A stretch of DNA of 32,000 nt from an uncultured archaeon (GCA_964577555.1 CAZNZM010000003.1:5837-37836); one strand, 5' to 3'. Shown: positions 8,078 to 17,578, counted from the stretch's first letter. Program-made: numbers and translations. The notes: a model not told the origin generated them from the letters alone.

Positions 8078-8817
8078 GAAATATTTTGTTTTGAAAGTTG
8101 TTTTATTATTATTTTCATTGTAAAAAAAGCTTTTTTTTTATTGTTTTGTTTTTTTTGCGAATTGTTTTTTGGTATTTTTATTTTTTGTTTTTTTTGGCTT
8201 GTTTTTTTTATTTTTGTAATTAATTTTTTTTTGTTTTGATTAGTTTTTTTTATTTGTTTTTTTTGTCTTTTTTTCTTTTTTTTGTTTGGTTATGCAAGTC
8301 GTTTTTTTTGGTTTGTTTTTGCAAGCCATATTTTTTTTAGTCGAGTTTTTTTGTTTTTTTTTGTCTTGTTTTTTTACGAGCCGAATTTTTTTTGTCATTT
8401 TTTTTATAATTAATTTTGTTTTTGTCTTTGTTTTGTCTGGTTGTTTTTTTCAGATCGGTATTTTTGTTTTTTTTTGAAGTTTTTTTAGTTTTTTGTTTGT
8501 TTTTGGCGAGCCGTTTTTTTTGTCGTTTTTTTTGTTTGAAATTTTGTTTTTTTGGAGCCAATAAATTGTTTTGTTCGTTTTTTCATTTTTTTTAATTTTG
8601 ATTTTTTTTGTTCTGTTTGTTTTTGGCGAGCCACTTTTTTTGTCATTTTTCTTTTTTTGTTTTTTTTTAAAATTAAATTATTTTTGTTGTATTTGTCTTG
8701 TTTTTTTGGCCTGTTTTTCAGGCAACTGTTTTTTTTTAATTTGCTTTATTTTTTTTTTGGTTTTGGCTAGTCGAGTTTTTGTTAGTTTTTTTGAATTATT
8801 TTTTTTTTAAATTTTTT
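8078..8817 (+). repeat. 740-bp T-tract intergenic array with RAGCC-T(n) units
   Basis: Units at about 8293, 8321, 8377, 8505, 8553, 8625 and 8765 (for example ttttggcgagccgttttttttgtcg at 8501). Lies between two - strand genes but is T-rich on the + strand. All ORFs here are poly-Phe (+) or poly-Lys (-) artefacts. Confidence 0.75.
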
Positions 8818-9681
8818 TTATCTTAGATAGTCTAGTGTGCTTTCGAATATTCCTCTTGTAATGCCTGGGTTGTAGTTGAAGTATATGCTTTTTCCTATTA
8901 CGAGTCTTTTTTCAACAATTGCCGGGTAAGTCTTTCTGTCTATTCCTGTGCTTTGGATGTATGCTAATTCTTTTCCGTTTGATGTTACATCAAATGTTTC
9001 AAATATTGCGTCCCTCATTGGCTCTGCTGGGAACATGTCTATTCCTTCTAATATTCTGTGGTCTTCGTCTTCCCTGTAAATTTTTCCTCTTACTATGAGT
9101 TTGTTTGTGCATGTTGGTTGGTTGTTTACTACTCTGTCGCATTTTACTGGGACAATGTCGCTGAATGTGTTTTCCCAGCCAATGACGTCAAATGTGTCTG
9201 GTCTTCTTATTCCTGAGTCTCCTACTAGTATGAATCTTCCGCCGTTTTTTACAAATCTTTGTATTGCTTCGCCAAGTTTTTTTGAAACTGTTTTGTTTGC
9301 TTCTTGTGATTGGTCAAGCATTACTATTTTGTATTCTGCAAGTTGTTCTATTGGGTTTCTTTCTAAAGTGTCTGTTGTTTTCATGTGGTATTCTATAATG
9401 TCTCTGTTGTCGTTGAGAATGTCAATGACTTCTTGGCTGGTGCTTCCTATTATGAGCATTTTGGTTTTGTTTTTTCCCAAAAAATCAATTGATGTGGCGA
9501 GTGAACCTATTATTGGAGTGTGCCTGTCGATTATTCCGAAATTGAATGCCAAAAATAGTCCGATTATTAAAATTAGTACTAGTGGTATTACGCCTTCTAA
9601 ATGCACTCCTATTTTGTTTTGGATTGGTTCATCAAAGTCCGTTGCTGCTGGCATTTCCGGTTCTTGTCCGCCCTGATACAC
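8818..9681 (-). CDS. Membrane-anchored hypothetical protein (single N-terminal TM helix, about 230-aa extracytoplasmic domain)
   Basis: TM segment VIPLVLILIIGLFLAFNFGII. GTG start at 9681 preceded by AAGGTGA; alternative ATG at 9654. The domain was not recognised with confidence; GGRFILVGDSG loosely recalls GATase1/DUF4350-like folds. Confidence 0.5.
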   Translation of the reverse strand: MYQGGQEPEMPAATDFDEPIQNKIGVHLEGVIPLVLILIIGLFLAFNFGIIDRHTPIIGSLATSIDFLGKNKTKMLIIGSTSQEVIDILNDNRDIIEYHMKTTDTLERNPIEQLAEYKIVMLDQSQEANKTVSKKLGEAIQRFVKNGGRFILVGDSGIRRPDTFDVIGWENTFSDIVPVKCDRVVNNQPTCTNKLIVRGKIYREDEDHRILEGIDMFPAEPMRDAIFETFDVTSNGKELAYIQSTGIDRKTYPAIVEKRLVIGKSIYFNYNPGITRGIFESTLDYLR

Positions 9682-9835
9682 TGTTTTTTCACCTTCTACA
9701 ATTAACTTGTTAATATTTATTTTATTTGTTTTTTTAATACTTTTGTTTGGAGATATTAAAATCTTTTTTATATATAAATTTTATCGTTGAAAGTTTTTAT
9801 GGGTATGAATATAAATAATATTAATATTCAAAATA

Positions 9836-10027
9836 ATGTCGGGGTTGGTTTGTATGAAATTTACTAGAAGTTCTGTTGATTCTGGTCCTAGTTCTTCTAT
9901 AGGCATAATCAGGTTTTTTGATACTGATTCTGGCGGGCCTAAAATAAGGCCTGAATTTGTTTTGGGTTTTGCCGTGGTTTTTACTTTGATAATTGTAGCT
10001 ATTCAGCTTTTTACTAAAAAACCTTGA
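9836..10027 (+). CDS. secG: Preprotein translocase subunit Sec61beta/SecG (archaeal)
   Basis: SSSIGIIRFFDTDSGGPKIRPEFVLGFAVVFTLIIVAIQLF matches the archaeal Sec61beta signature (conserved loop followed by a C-terminal TM anchor). A TATA-like element lies about 25 nt upstream. The start could instead be at 9854. Confidence 0.75.
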   Translation: MSGLVCMKFTRSSVDSGPSSSIGIIRFFDTDSGGPKIRPEFVLGFAVVFTLIIVAIQLFTKKP

Positions 10028-10068
10028 TTTTTTTAGGTCTTTTTTAATTTTTTTTGTTTTTGTTGAGA

Positions 10069-11067
10069 ATGGTAGGTATGGGAAAAGATTTGGAGAAGAT
10101 AGCCAGAAAAAATGTTTTGCGTGAAAGCGAAGATGTTAAGGGAACAAAAATTGAAGGTTATGATTTTGACAAGGGTGTTGATTACGAGGCTTTGCTTTCA
10201 AGTTATTATGCAACAGGTTATCAGGCTACGCATTTGGCTAAGGCAATCAAAATAATTCGCGAAATGATTGATTCCAATTCAACTATTTTTTTGGGTTATA
10301 CTTCCAATCTAGTAAGTTCTGGACTCAGGGATGTTTTCAGGTTTCTTGTTCAGCATAAAAAGGTGCATGTTGTTGTTACGACTGCTGGCGGTATTGAAGA
10401 GGACATAATAAAGTGTCTTGGGGATTTTGTTTTGGGCGACTTTCGCGCTTCTGGAAAGGAGTTGCGAAAGAAAGGGATTAATCGTATTGGAAATATTTTT
10501 GTTCCGAATTCAAGGTATGTGCGTTTTGAAAAATTTCTTCAGCCATTGTTGGAAGAACTTTATTCTTGCCAAAAGGAAAGTGGAAAAATAATTTCTGTTT
10601 CTGATTTTATTTGGAAGATAGGTGAAAAAATAAATGATCCGAAGAGTATTTATTATTGGGCTTGGAAAAATAAAATTCGGGTTTATTGTCCAGCCATAAC
10701 TGATGGAGCCATTGGGGATAATATTTATTTTTTCAAGTATTCTTACCCTGATTTTATGATTGATATTAGCGAAGATACTAAGCGCTTAAACGATACGACT
10801 ATTGGGCAGGAGAAAACGGGGTTGATTATTTTGGGTTCTGGCGTTGTAAAGCACGCGATTCTCAATGCAAACATGTTTAGGAATGGAGCTGATTATGCTG
10901 TTTATATAAACAATGCGCAGGAATTTGATGGTTCTGATGCCGGGGCTTTGCCGGACGAAGCGGTTTCTTGGGGTAAAATACTTCCAGAAGCTTCAAGCGT
11001 AAAGGTTTTTTGCGATGCCACTATTGTATTTCCTTTAATTGTCGCCCAAACTTTTGCTAAAAAATGA
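10069..11067 (+). CDS. dys: Deoxyhypusine synthase
   Basis: TTAGGIEEDIIKC, ILGSGVVKH and DGSDAGALPDEAVSWGKI motifs. The track ORF starts at TTG 10054; the first ATGs are at 10069 and 10078. Confidence 0.9.
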   Translation: MVGMGKDLEKIARKNVLRESEDVKGTKIEGYDFDKGVDYEALLSSYYATGYQATHLAKAIKIIREMIDSNSTIFLGYTSNLVSSGLRDVFRFLVQHKKVHVVVTTAGGIEEDIIKCLGDFVLGDFRASGKELRKKGINRIGNIFVPNSRYVRFEKFLQPLLEELYSCQKESGKIISVSDFIWKIGEKINDPKSIYYWAWKNKIRVYCPAITDGAIGDNIYFFKYSYPDFMIDISEDTKRLNDTTIGQEKTGLIILGSGVVKHAILNANMFRNGADYAVYINNAQEFDGSDAGALPDEAVSWGKILPEASSVKVFCDATIVFPLIVAQTFAKK

Positions 11068-11211
11068 TTTTTCTTTTTTTGTCTTGTTTTTTTTGTTTTT
11101 TTTTGGCGAGCCGTTTTTTTTGTCGATTTTTTTGTTTTTTTTTTAATTTTTGTTATTTTTTTTGATTTTTGGTTTTTTTTGTTTGAAATTTTGTTTTTTT
11201 GTCTATTTTTT
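11068..11211 (+). repeat. T-tract spacer carrying the conserved ggcgagccg...gtttgaaattttg repeat block
   Basis: ttttggcgagccgttttttttgtcg at 11101 and ttttttttgtttgaaattttgtttttttg at ~11171 match the 8501-8552 block, with an extra insert between them. Lies between convergent genes. Confidence 0.7.
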
Positions 11212-14079
11212 TTAATTGAGTTGTAATGACATATAAAATTCTTTTTCTATGAATTTTTCCATTTTTTTATCGTTGGGTTGTACGTGTTTTATTTTTGTTC
11301 CGGTATTTTTTTCTATTTCGTTTTTGTATTTTTCAATAAAGTTTTTGTCTGAACAACTTATTTCCAATGTGACTATTTGGTCTGGGTTGAGTTTTGCGGT
11401 TTTTCTCATTTCTTGTATTCTTCTTCTAAGTTCCATGAGTTCCCATTCTTCTTTTAATTGCGTATCTGTTTCTATGTCTAGTAATATTTGTCCTTTTTGG
11501 GTTTCTTTTTGTGCGAATTTGCCTTTTGGACTTGTTTTTGTTTCTATAAATTCTTTGACGTTTGTTGAGTCTGCAATTATTTGTTTTGTGTTTGGGAATT
11601 CGTTGCCTGTTTTTGATATAAAAATCATTTTTTTGAGTGGCCATCTTAATCTCAATTTTTGTTCTTCTCTCAAGCTTAGGCATGCTTCAATTATTTCTTT
11701 TGCGTTTTCAACTTCTTTTTCAAGTTTTGTGTCTATCATTTTTTCATTTGGTTTTGGCATTGTTTGAAGATGGATTGATTCTGGGCTGTCTTTTGTTTTG
11801 TATTGCAGGTAATAGAATTCAGCCATGTGTGGAACTATTGGAGCCATTAGTCTTGTCAATGCCCAGAGTATTTCGTTGAAAATGTTGCTTAACTCTGTTT
11901 TTTCTTCTTTTGCCCTGTCTCTTATTGTTTTTATGTATGTTCTGCTGAATTCTTCTATTACGAATTTTTCTATGAGTTCTGTTACTTTGGCGTAATCGTA
12001 TTTGTTGTATTGTTTTATGACTTCTTTTTCAAGCGTGTTTAGTTTGCTTATTATCCATTTGTCTTCTGTTTTCATTTTTTTTGTGTTGAGTTCTTTGTTG
12101 TTTGGGAAACTCAATTCGAGGTATGTTGATGCGTAGTTGTAGCTGTTGTATAATGTGTTAAAGAATTTTGCAATGTCTTTGAATGCTTCCCAATCAAAAA
12201 GCATGTCTTCTCCTTTGAATTCTTTTGCCATGTAGTATCTGAGCATGTCTCGTTTGTGTTTTTGTATTATTTCTTGTGGCGAGACTATGTTTCCTTGGCT
12301 TTTTGACATTTTGTTTTTTTTAATATCAAGCACCATTCCGTGCATTGCTATTGTTTTGAATGGTTTTTCGTCAAAGCATATTGTGCTTGTGATGAGTTGT
12401 GAATTCCACCAGCCTCTTATTTGGTCTTTTCCTTCAACGTTGAATGCGGCTGGCCAGTATTTGTTGAACAATTCTTTTTTTGCAGGGTATCCTATGCTTC
12501 CCCATGAGCTTACTCCTGAATCAAACCAAACATCCAACACTTCTGGGATTCTTTTCATTGTTCCTTTGTTGCATTTTTCGCATTTCCATTTTACTTCGTC
12601 AATCCATGGTTTGTGAAGGTCTTTGATTTTGTCTTTGTAGTGTTCTTTGAGTTCTTTTTCTGATTCGAATACTTTTTGGTTTTTGCATGTGTCGCATATC
12701 CATATTGGCAGTGGTGCCCCCCAATATCTTTGTCTTGAAACTGGCCAGTCTCCGAGATTTTCAAGCCAGTTTCTGAATCTGTCTTTGCCCCATTCTGGTT
12801 GCCATACTACTGTTTCGTTTAATTGTATCATTCTTTCTCTTATTTTGCTGACTTTGAAAAACCATTGTGGGGTTCCTATCATTAATAGGGGTGTTTTGCA
12901 TCGCCAGCAAACAGGATAATCGTGTGTGTAATTGTGTTTGAAGACCAGAGCATTCATTTCTTTTAAGTCTGCAATTATTTCTTCGTCTACTTCTCTTGCT
13001 TTTTTTCCTTGGTATTTTCCTGCTTCTTCAGTCATTTTTCCGTCCAGGTTTACCGTTGTTATGATTGGCAATCCTGCTTTTGTGCCTGCGTCATAGTCTT
13101 CTTTTCCGCACCCTGGTGCACAATGTACTAATCCTGTTCCGTCTTCTAGGTTGACGTATCTTTCTGTCAGTATAACTTTGTAAGCGTTTTTTTGTTTTGG
13201 TAGTTTGAGATTTTTTTCTAAGGGGTTTTCGTATTCAATGCCTTCAATGTCTTTTCCTTTGAATTCTTTGATTATTATGAAACCTGCTTCTATTGCTTGC
13301 ATTAGTTGTTCCAACCTTTCTTTTGCAACAATCCATATTTCGTTACCTACTTGTGCTTCAACATAGTCAAAATTCGGGTGCACCATTACTCCTGTGTTGC
13401 TTGGCAGTGTCCATGGCGTGGTAGTCCATATTACAAGAAATTTGTTTGTTTCTTTTTTGATTTTGAACTTTACGTAGATTGATTTGTCTGTTTGTTTGGT
13501 GTATTCTATTTCGTTGTAGGCTACAGCTGTTTCACAATGAGGGCATACGTGCACTGGGTATTTTCCCAGGTAAAGGAGTCCTTTTTCATCCGCTTTTTTG
13601 AATGTCCACCATATTGCTTCAATGTATTCTTTGTTGAGTGTCAAATATGGGTTTTTCCAATCCATCCATACTCCGAGGTTTTCAAATTCGGCATTCATTA
13701 TGTCAATGTATTCTGTCGCGAATTTTCTGCATTCTTCGACGAATTTGTCGACGCCGTAACTTTCAATTTCAGATTTTGTTTTGAAGCCGAGTTTTTTTTC
13801 TACCTTGTTTTCTATTGGCAAGCCATGCGTGTCATATCCTGGTTGGTCCAATACTGAATATCCTTGCATTCTTTTTTGCCTGATTGTAATGTCTTTTATT
13901 ATTTTGTTAAGAGCAGTGCCAAGGTGTATGTTGCCTGATGCGTATGGCGGGCCATCCATCATGAAAAACCCTTCGCCTTTAGGGTTGAGTTTGTGTGCTT
14001 TTTCTGGTATTTTTTCTTTTATCCAGTATTTTCTGATTTCTTCCTCTTGGTTTAGGTCGTAATTTTTTGTGGTTGGCAT
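11212..14079 (-). CDS. ileS: Isoleucyl-tRNA synthetase
   Basis: HIGH-type motif PPYASGNIHLGT, KMSKS motif, CP1 editing region and zinc-type CPHC/CWRC motifs. 955 aa. ATG at 14079. Confidence 0.93.
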   Translation of the reverse strand: MPTTKNYDLNQEEEIRKYWIKEKIPEKAHKLNPKGEGFFMMDGPPYASGNIHLGTALNKIIKDITIRQKRMQGYSVLDQPGYDTHGLPIENKVEKKLGFKTKSEIESYGVDKFVEECRKFATEYIDIMNAEFENLGVWMDWKNPYLTLNKEYIEAIWWTFKKADEKGLLYLGKYPVHVCPHCETAVAYNEIEYTKQTDKSIYVKFKIKKETNKFLVIWTTTPWTLPSNTGVMVHPNFDYVEAQVGNEIWIVAKERLEQLMQAIEAGFIIIKEFKGKDIEGIEYENPLEKNLKLPKQKNAYKVILTERYVNLEDGTGLVHCAPGCGKEDYDAGTKAGLPIITTVNLDGKMTEEAGKYQGKKAREVDEEIIADLKEMNALVFKHNYTHDYPVCWRCKTPLLMIGTPQWFFKVSKIRERMIQLNETVVWQPEWGKDRFRNWLENLGDWPVSRQRYWGAPLPIWICDTCKNQKVFESEKELKEHYKDKIKDLHKPWIDEVKWKCEKCNKGTMKRIPEVLDVWFDSGVSSWGSIGYPAKKELFNKYWPAAFNVEGKDQIRGWWNSQLITSTICFDEKPFKTIAMHGMVLDIKKNKMSKSQGNIVSPQEIIQKHKRDMLRYYMAKEFKGEDMLFDWEAFKDIAKFFNTLYNSYNYASTYLELSFPNNKELNTKKMKTEDKWIISKLNTLEKEVIKQYNKYDYAKVTELIEKFVIEEFSRTYIKTIRDRAKEEKTELSNIFNEILWALTRLMAPIVPHMAEFYYLQYKTKDSPESIHLQTMPKPNEKMIDTKLEKEVENAKEIIEACLSLREEQKLRLRWPLKKMIFISKTGNEFPNTKQIIADSTNVKEFIETKTSPKGKFAQKETQKGQILLDIETDTQLKEEWELMELRRRIQEMRKTAKLNPDQIVTLEISCSDKNFIEKYKNEIEKNTGTKIKHVQPNDKKMEKFIEKEFYMSLQLN

Positions 14080-14103
14080 TTTGAATCAATTCCTATTTTG
14101 GTT

Positions 14104-14177
14104 TGGGAGTAGGAGGATTTGAACCTCCGACGCTTGGTGTATAAGACCAATGCTCTACCAGGCTGAGCTATACTCCC
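14104..14177 (-). tRNA. tRNA-Ile (anticodon UAU), no encoded CCA
   Basis: Reverse complement: GGGAGTA-TA-GCTC-AGCCTGGTA-GAGC-A-TTGGT-CTTATAC-ACCAA-GCGTC-GGAGG-TTCAAAT-CCTCC-TACTCCC-A. All stems are Watson-Crick and the anticodon loop is CTTATAC. Lies 24 nt upstream of the ileS ATG on the same strand. Confidence 0.85.
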
Positions 14178-14260
14178 GTTTTTTTGGAATAAAATTATTT
14201 TTCTTTGTTATTTAAATGCCTTAAATTAGGTTTAAAAAGATAAAGCTATTTTTTTGCTTT

Positions 14261-14611
14261 TTATATGCTTTTATTGTTGTTTGTGTTTATTTCGAATTTT
14301 GCTTGTGTTTCTTTTATTTCTGTTTGCCATCCTATTTCAAGTATTAGTTTGCCTTCAAATTTTTTTGTTTTGCAGTCGTTGAGAGTATAATATTTTCCTT
14401 CTTTTATTAGATCAGATTTTTCACCCCATATTTTCACTATTATTGCTCCTGTTTCATCGCCAGCCAGTGCATCTGTAACTTGGTAAATTTTTCCTGTTTT
14501 TTTTGATATTACTTCTTTTGGCTTGAGTTTTTCTTCGAATTTGAGTGTTATTCCGATTTTTTCCATGTGTGGTTTTATTTCGTTTACTTTTATTGTTTGT
14601 TTGCAATTCAT
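14261..14611 (-). CDS. Single OB-fold ssDNA-binding (SSB/RPA-like) protein
   Basis: 116 aa. The pattern DALAGDETGAIIVKIWGEK...YYTLNDCKTKKFEGKLIL is typical of archaeal OB-fold SSB/RPA modules. ATGA overlap with the upstream kinase gene. Confidence 0.55.
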   Translation of the reverse strand: MNCKQTIKVNEIKPHMEKIGITLKFEEKLKPKEVISKKTGKIYQVTDALAGDETGAIIVKIWGEKSDLIKEGKYYTLNDCKTKKFEGKLILEIGWQTEIKETQAKFEINTNNNKSI

Positions 14612-15147
14612 TTTTCTCTCTCTGATATTGTTTTCATTAAAACGTCCAATTGTGTGTATAGGTTTTTTTTTGTTGAATTGTTTATTATTTCGTATTCTGC
14701 AGAGTCTAGAACTTTTTTGAATCCTTTGTTGTGTATGTCCTGTTTGTCGCGTTCGAAGAATTCTTTTGGTGTTTGCGGATCAATTTTTGATTTTCTGTTG
14801 AATCTTGCGGATTTTTCAGAAGTTATTTTTACGTGTACGATTTTTGGAAATTTTTTCTTGAAAAATTCTATTTCTTCAATTGATCTTGGGCCTACTAGAA
14901 TTAGGTTGTCTTTTTCTTTTATTTTTTCGTCTAGAATTTTTGCTATTATGTCCATTCCTTTTTCTTTTCTGAGTTTGTCGCCTATTTCTATCATTCTTTT
15001 TTTTGTCGGTTTTTCTTTATTGGCTTCAATGTGTTCTGTTATTACTGAGCTGAACGTATAGCTTTTTAGTTTGTATTTTTTTGCAATGTATTTTGCCGCA
15101 GTGTCTTTGCCTGACCTTGCTAACCCTGAGATAATTATTTGAACCAT
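14608..15147 (-). CDS. P-loop nucleotide kinase-like protein (archaeal UPF0200/dephospho-CoA-kinase-like family)
   Basis: Walker A SGLARSGKDT at the N-terminus. LILVGPRSIEEIEFF and RF..R....DP....F..RD pattern as in UPF0200-type kinases. 179 aa. Confidence 0.55.
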   Translation of the reverse strand: MVQIIISGLARSGKDTAAKYIAKKYKLKSYTFSSVITEHIEANKEKPTKKRMIEIGDKLRKEKGMDIIAKILDEKIKEKDNLILVGPRSIEEIEFFKKKFPKIVHVKITSEKSARFNRKSKIDPQTPKEFFERDKQDIHNKGFKKVLDSAEYEIINNSTKKNLYTQLDVLMKTISEREK

Positions 15148-15229
15148 GTTTTCTTAGTATTTTAGCATGGCATAATTTCTTAATTGGATTTGGAGGATTT
15201 TTTGCATTGTTTTTTTTTACCAGTTTTGC

Positions 15230-15836
15230 CATTTTTTTTGAAAATTAAAATTTGTCTTTTTTTTTGTTTAATTTATTTTTTTTGCCAGAGCCAAATATTA
15301 TTTTTTTATTTTGTTTTTTTTGGCGAGCCGTTTTATTTTTTTCGTTTTTTTTGTTTGAAGTTTTGTTTTTTTGCAAGCCATTTTTTTGCCATTTTTTTGA
15401 ATTCTTTTTTTGTCAAGCTGTTTTTTTGGCGTATTTTTTTTGGCAAACCACTTTTTTTGTCATTTTTTTTTGAATTTTTTTTGTGAGTCGTTTTTTTTTT
15501 TTTTGTAATTATTTTTTATTTAAAATAATTTTTTTTGTCATTGGCTTGGTTTTTTTTGAATTATTTTTCCAATTTTTGTTTTTTTTTGTTTTAGCTGCTT
15601 TTTGTTTTTTTGTTATTTTTTTGGCGAGCTGGATTTTTTTTGTTTTTTTGTTTGTTTTTGTGGGGCATTTTTTTCATTTTTTTGTTGGGTTGTTTTTTTG
15701 TAAGTCAATTTGTTTTTTTTTGTTTTGAATTTAATTAGTTATTTTTTTGCTAGCCAAGTTTTTTGTCATTTTTTGTTGTTTTTTTGGTTTTGTTTATTTG
15801 TTTTGGCTGGCGTTTTTTTTCGCCAGCCTTTTATTT
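15230..15836 (+). repeat. ~600-bp T-tract intergenic array with RAGCC-T(n) units
   Basis: Units at about 15284, 15322, 15373, 15413, 15442, 15483, 15623, 15700 and 15750, plus the hairpin at 15805. 15318-15372 matches the 8501/11101 block, and 15424-15470 matches 236-297. Lies between two - strand genes. Confidence 0.75.
15805..15828. terminator. Perfect hairpin ggctggcg-T8-cgccagcc immediately downstream of the thermosome stop
   Basis: 8-bp GC-rich stem with a T8 loop, 9 nt from the thermosome stop codon (15837-15839), followed on the + strand by ttttattttt. Its left half resembles the dispersed ggcgagccgtttttttt unit. Confidence 0.5.
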
Positions 15837-17471
15837 TTACATGTCCATTCCCATTCCGCTTTCTGATGGCGGGTTGTTTGGGGTTTTGCTTTTTCCAGAA
15901 CCTGCTATTATGTCGTCAATTCTTAATAGCATTTCTGCTACTTCTGATGCTGATGCGATTGCTTGTGTTTTGACTTTTAGCGGTTCTGTTACTTTGTTGC
16001 TTTTCATGTCGTCTAGTTTGCTTGTATAGACATTTACTCCTATCCATTTTCCTTCCTTGTTTGCGTGTTTGCTTCTCAATGCTACTATTGTATCTATTGG
16101 GTCCATGCCTGCTGTTTCAGCCAAGGTTCTTGGTATGACTTCAAGAGACTCTGCGAAGGCTTCTACTGCTAATTGTTCTCTGCCTCCGACTGTTTTTGCG
16201 TAGTCTCTTAGTTTTAGTGCGACCTCGGCTTCGCTTGAGCCTCCGCCGTACACTATTTTTCCTATTTTTATTGCGGATGCTACTGCTCCTATTGCGTCTT
16301 TTACTGCTCTTTCGGCTTCGTCAACAACGTGTTCTGATCCGCCTCTTATGAGCAATGAGACGCTTTTTGGGTTTTTGCATCCTTCTACGAAAGTCATTGA
16401 GTCGCCTGATATTTTTTTCTCTTGGACTATTTTTGCTTTTCCAAGGTCTTCTTGTGTTAGGTCGTATACTCTTGACACTATTTTTGCGCCTGTCGCTTTT
16501 GCCAATGCATCCATGTCTGATTTTTTCACTCTTCTAACTGCCAGTATTCCTTCTTTTGCAAGGTAGTGTTGTGCTATGTCATCGATTCCTTTTTGGCAGA
16601 TTACGACGTTTGCGCCTGTTTTTTTTACTGTTTCAACCATTCTTTTTAGCATTGCTTCTTCGTTGTCAAGGAATGCTTGCAATTGTTCCGGATCTGATAT
16701 TTGTATTTTGGTGTCAGTTTCCGGGCTTTTTATTTCCATTGCGGCGTCTATTAGTGCTATTTTTGCATTTTCTATTTTTTTTGGCATTCCTGAATGTACT
16801 ACTTCTTTGTCTATTACTATGCCGTCTATTAGTTGTGAGTCTGAAAGACTTCCGCCAACTTTCTTTTCAACTTTTATATCATCGAGGTCTATTGTGACTT
16901 TTCCGTTTTCTTGTACTGCTACTTGTACAATTGCTTTCATGACAAGGTCTGCAAGGAATTCTTCTCCTTCCGCGCTTTTTCCAGTCATTGAAGTCAGGGC
17001 AATTTGTCTTAAGACGTTTTTATCATTTATTGTTATGTCTTCGGCCATTTTGTTGAAGTATTCTTTTGCTTGCTCTGCCGCAAGTCTATAGCCTTTAATT
17101 ATGACTGATGGGTGTATTTCGTCGTTCAATAGTTTTTCCGCTTTTTCAAGCAGGCTTCCTGCAAGAACCACTACTGTTGTTGTGCCGTCTCCTACTTCTG
17201 AATCTTGTGTTTTTGCTATTTCAACCATCATTTTTCCTGCAGGATGATCTATGCTCATTTCGCTTAAGATTGTTGCGCCATCGTTTGAAATTATGACGTC
17301 TCCTAAGTCGTCAACTATCATTTTGTCCATTCCTTTTGGCCCGAGCGTGCTTTTAACTGCTTGTGCAACAGCTCTTGCCACCAAAATATTTATTCTTTGT
17401 GCATCTCTTCCTTTTGTTCTTTTTGTCCCTTCTGGGAGAAATACTATTTGTTGATTCATGTCTTGAGCCAT
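15837..17471 (-). CDS. ths: Thermosome subunit (group II chaperonin)
   Basis: Full-length match to the thermosome pattern ([21 protein letters not shown]-type motifs, C-terminal GMGMDM tail). A strong AGGAGGGTGA Shine-Dalgarno sequence lies upstream of the ATG at 17471. Confidence 0.95.
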   Translation of the reverse strand: MAQDMNQQIVFLPEGTKRTKGRDAQRINILVARAVAQAVKSTLGPKGMDKMIVDDLGDVIISNDGATILSEMSIDHPAGKMMVEIAKTQDSEVGDGTTTVVVLAGSLLEKAEKLLNDEIHPSVIIKGYRLAAEQAKEYFNKMAEDITINDKNVLRQIALTSMTGKSAEGEEFLADLVMKAIVQVAVQENGKVTIDLDDIKVEKKVGGSLSDSQLIDGIVIDKEVVHSGMPKKIENAKIALIDAAMEIKSPETDTKIQISDPEQLQAFLDNEEAMLKRMVETVKKTGANVVICQKGIDDIAQHYLAKEGILAVRRVKKSDMDALAKATGAKIVSRVYDLTQEDLGKAKIVQEKKISGDSMTFVEGCKNPKSVSLLIRGGSEHVVDEAERAVKDAIGAVASAIKIGKIVYGGGSSEAEVALKLRDYAKTVGGREQLAVEAFAESLEVIPRTLAETAGMDPIDTIVALRSKHANKEGKWIGVNVYTSKLDDMKSNKVTEPLKVKTQAIASASEVAEMLLRIDDIIAGSGKSKTPNNPPSESGMGMDM

Positions 17472-17497
17472 TTTATCACCCTCCTTTAAATGAAAAA

Positions 17498-17578
17498 ATC
17501 GCTGGTTAGAGAACTCAATCTCAATAAATTATTGCTGGATATAAAAGTATTTAAATTTATAGGTAAATTGCTGGATAT
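17498..17578 (-). promoter_or_regulatory. Thermosome promoter with repeated ATTGCTGGATAT boxes flanking a TATA element
   Basis: attgctggatat at 17531-17542 and 17567-17578 (perfect 12-mers, 36 bp apart) bracket tatttaaattta. A degenerate copy atcgctggtta lies at 17498-17508, nearer the Shine-Dalgarno sequence and ATG. Confidence 0.45.

Noticed and set aside
8015-8810. Track ORFs 8015-8239, 8286-8477, 8552-8770 and 8571-8810 (+), and the Lys-rich 8337-8561 (-) ORF (MAPKKQNFKQKK...)
   Set aside because: All lie in the 740-bp T-tract array. The + strand ORFs are poly-Phe, and the - strand ORF is simply poly-A-rich sequence read as Lys/Asn/Gln. No promoter or Shine-Dalgarno sequence is seen. A basic nucleoid-type peptide cannot be excluded from sequence alone, but there is no positive evidence for one.
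15184-16029. Track ORFs 15184-15486, 15252-15473, 15483-15728, 15710-15973 and 15763-16029 (+), and 15026-15232 (-)
   Set aside because: Low-complexity translations of the T-tract array, or antisense to or overlapping the kinase and thermosome genes.
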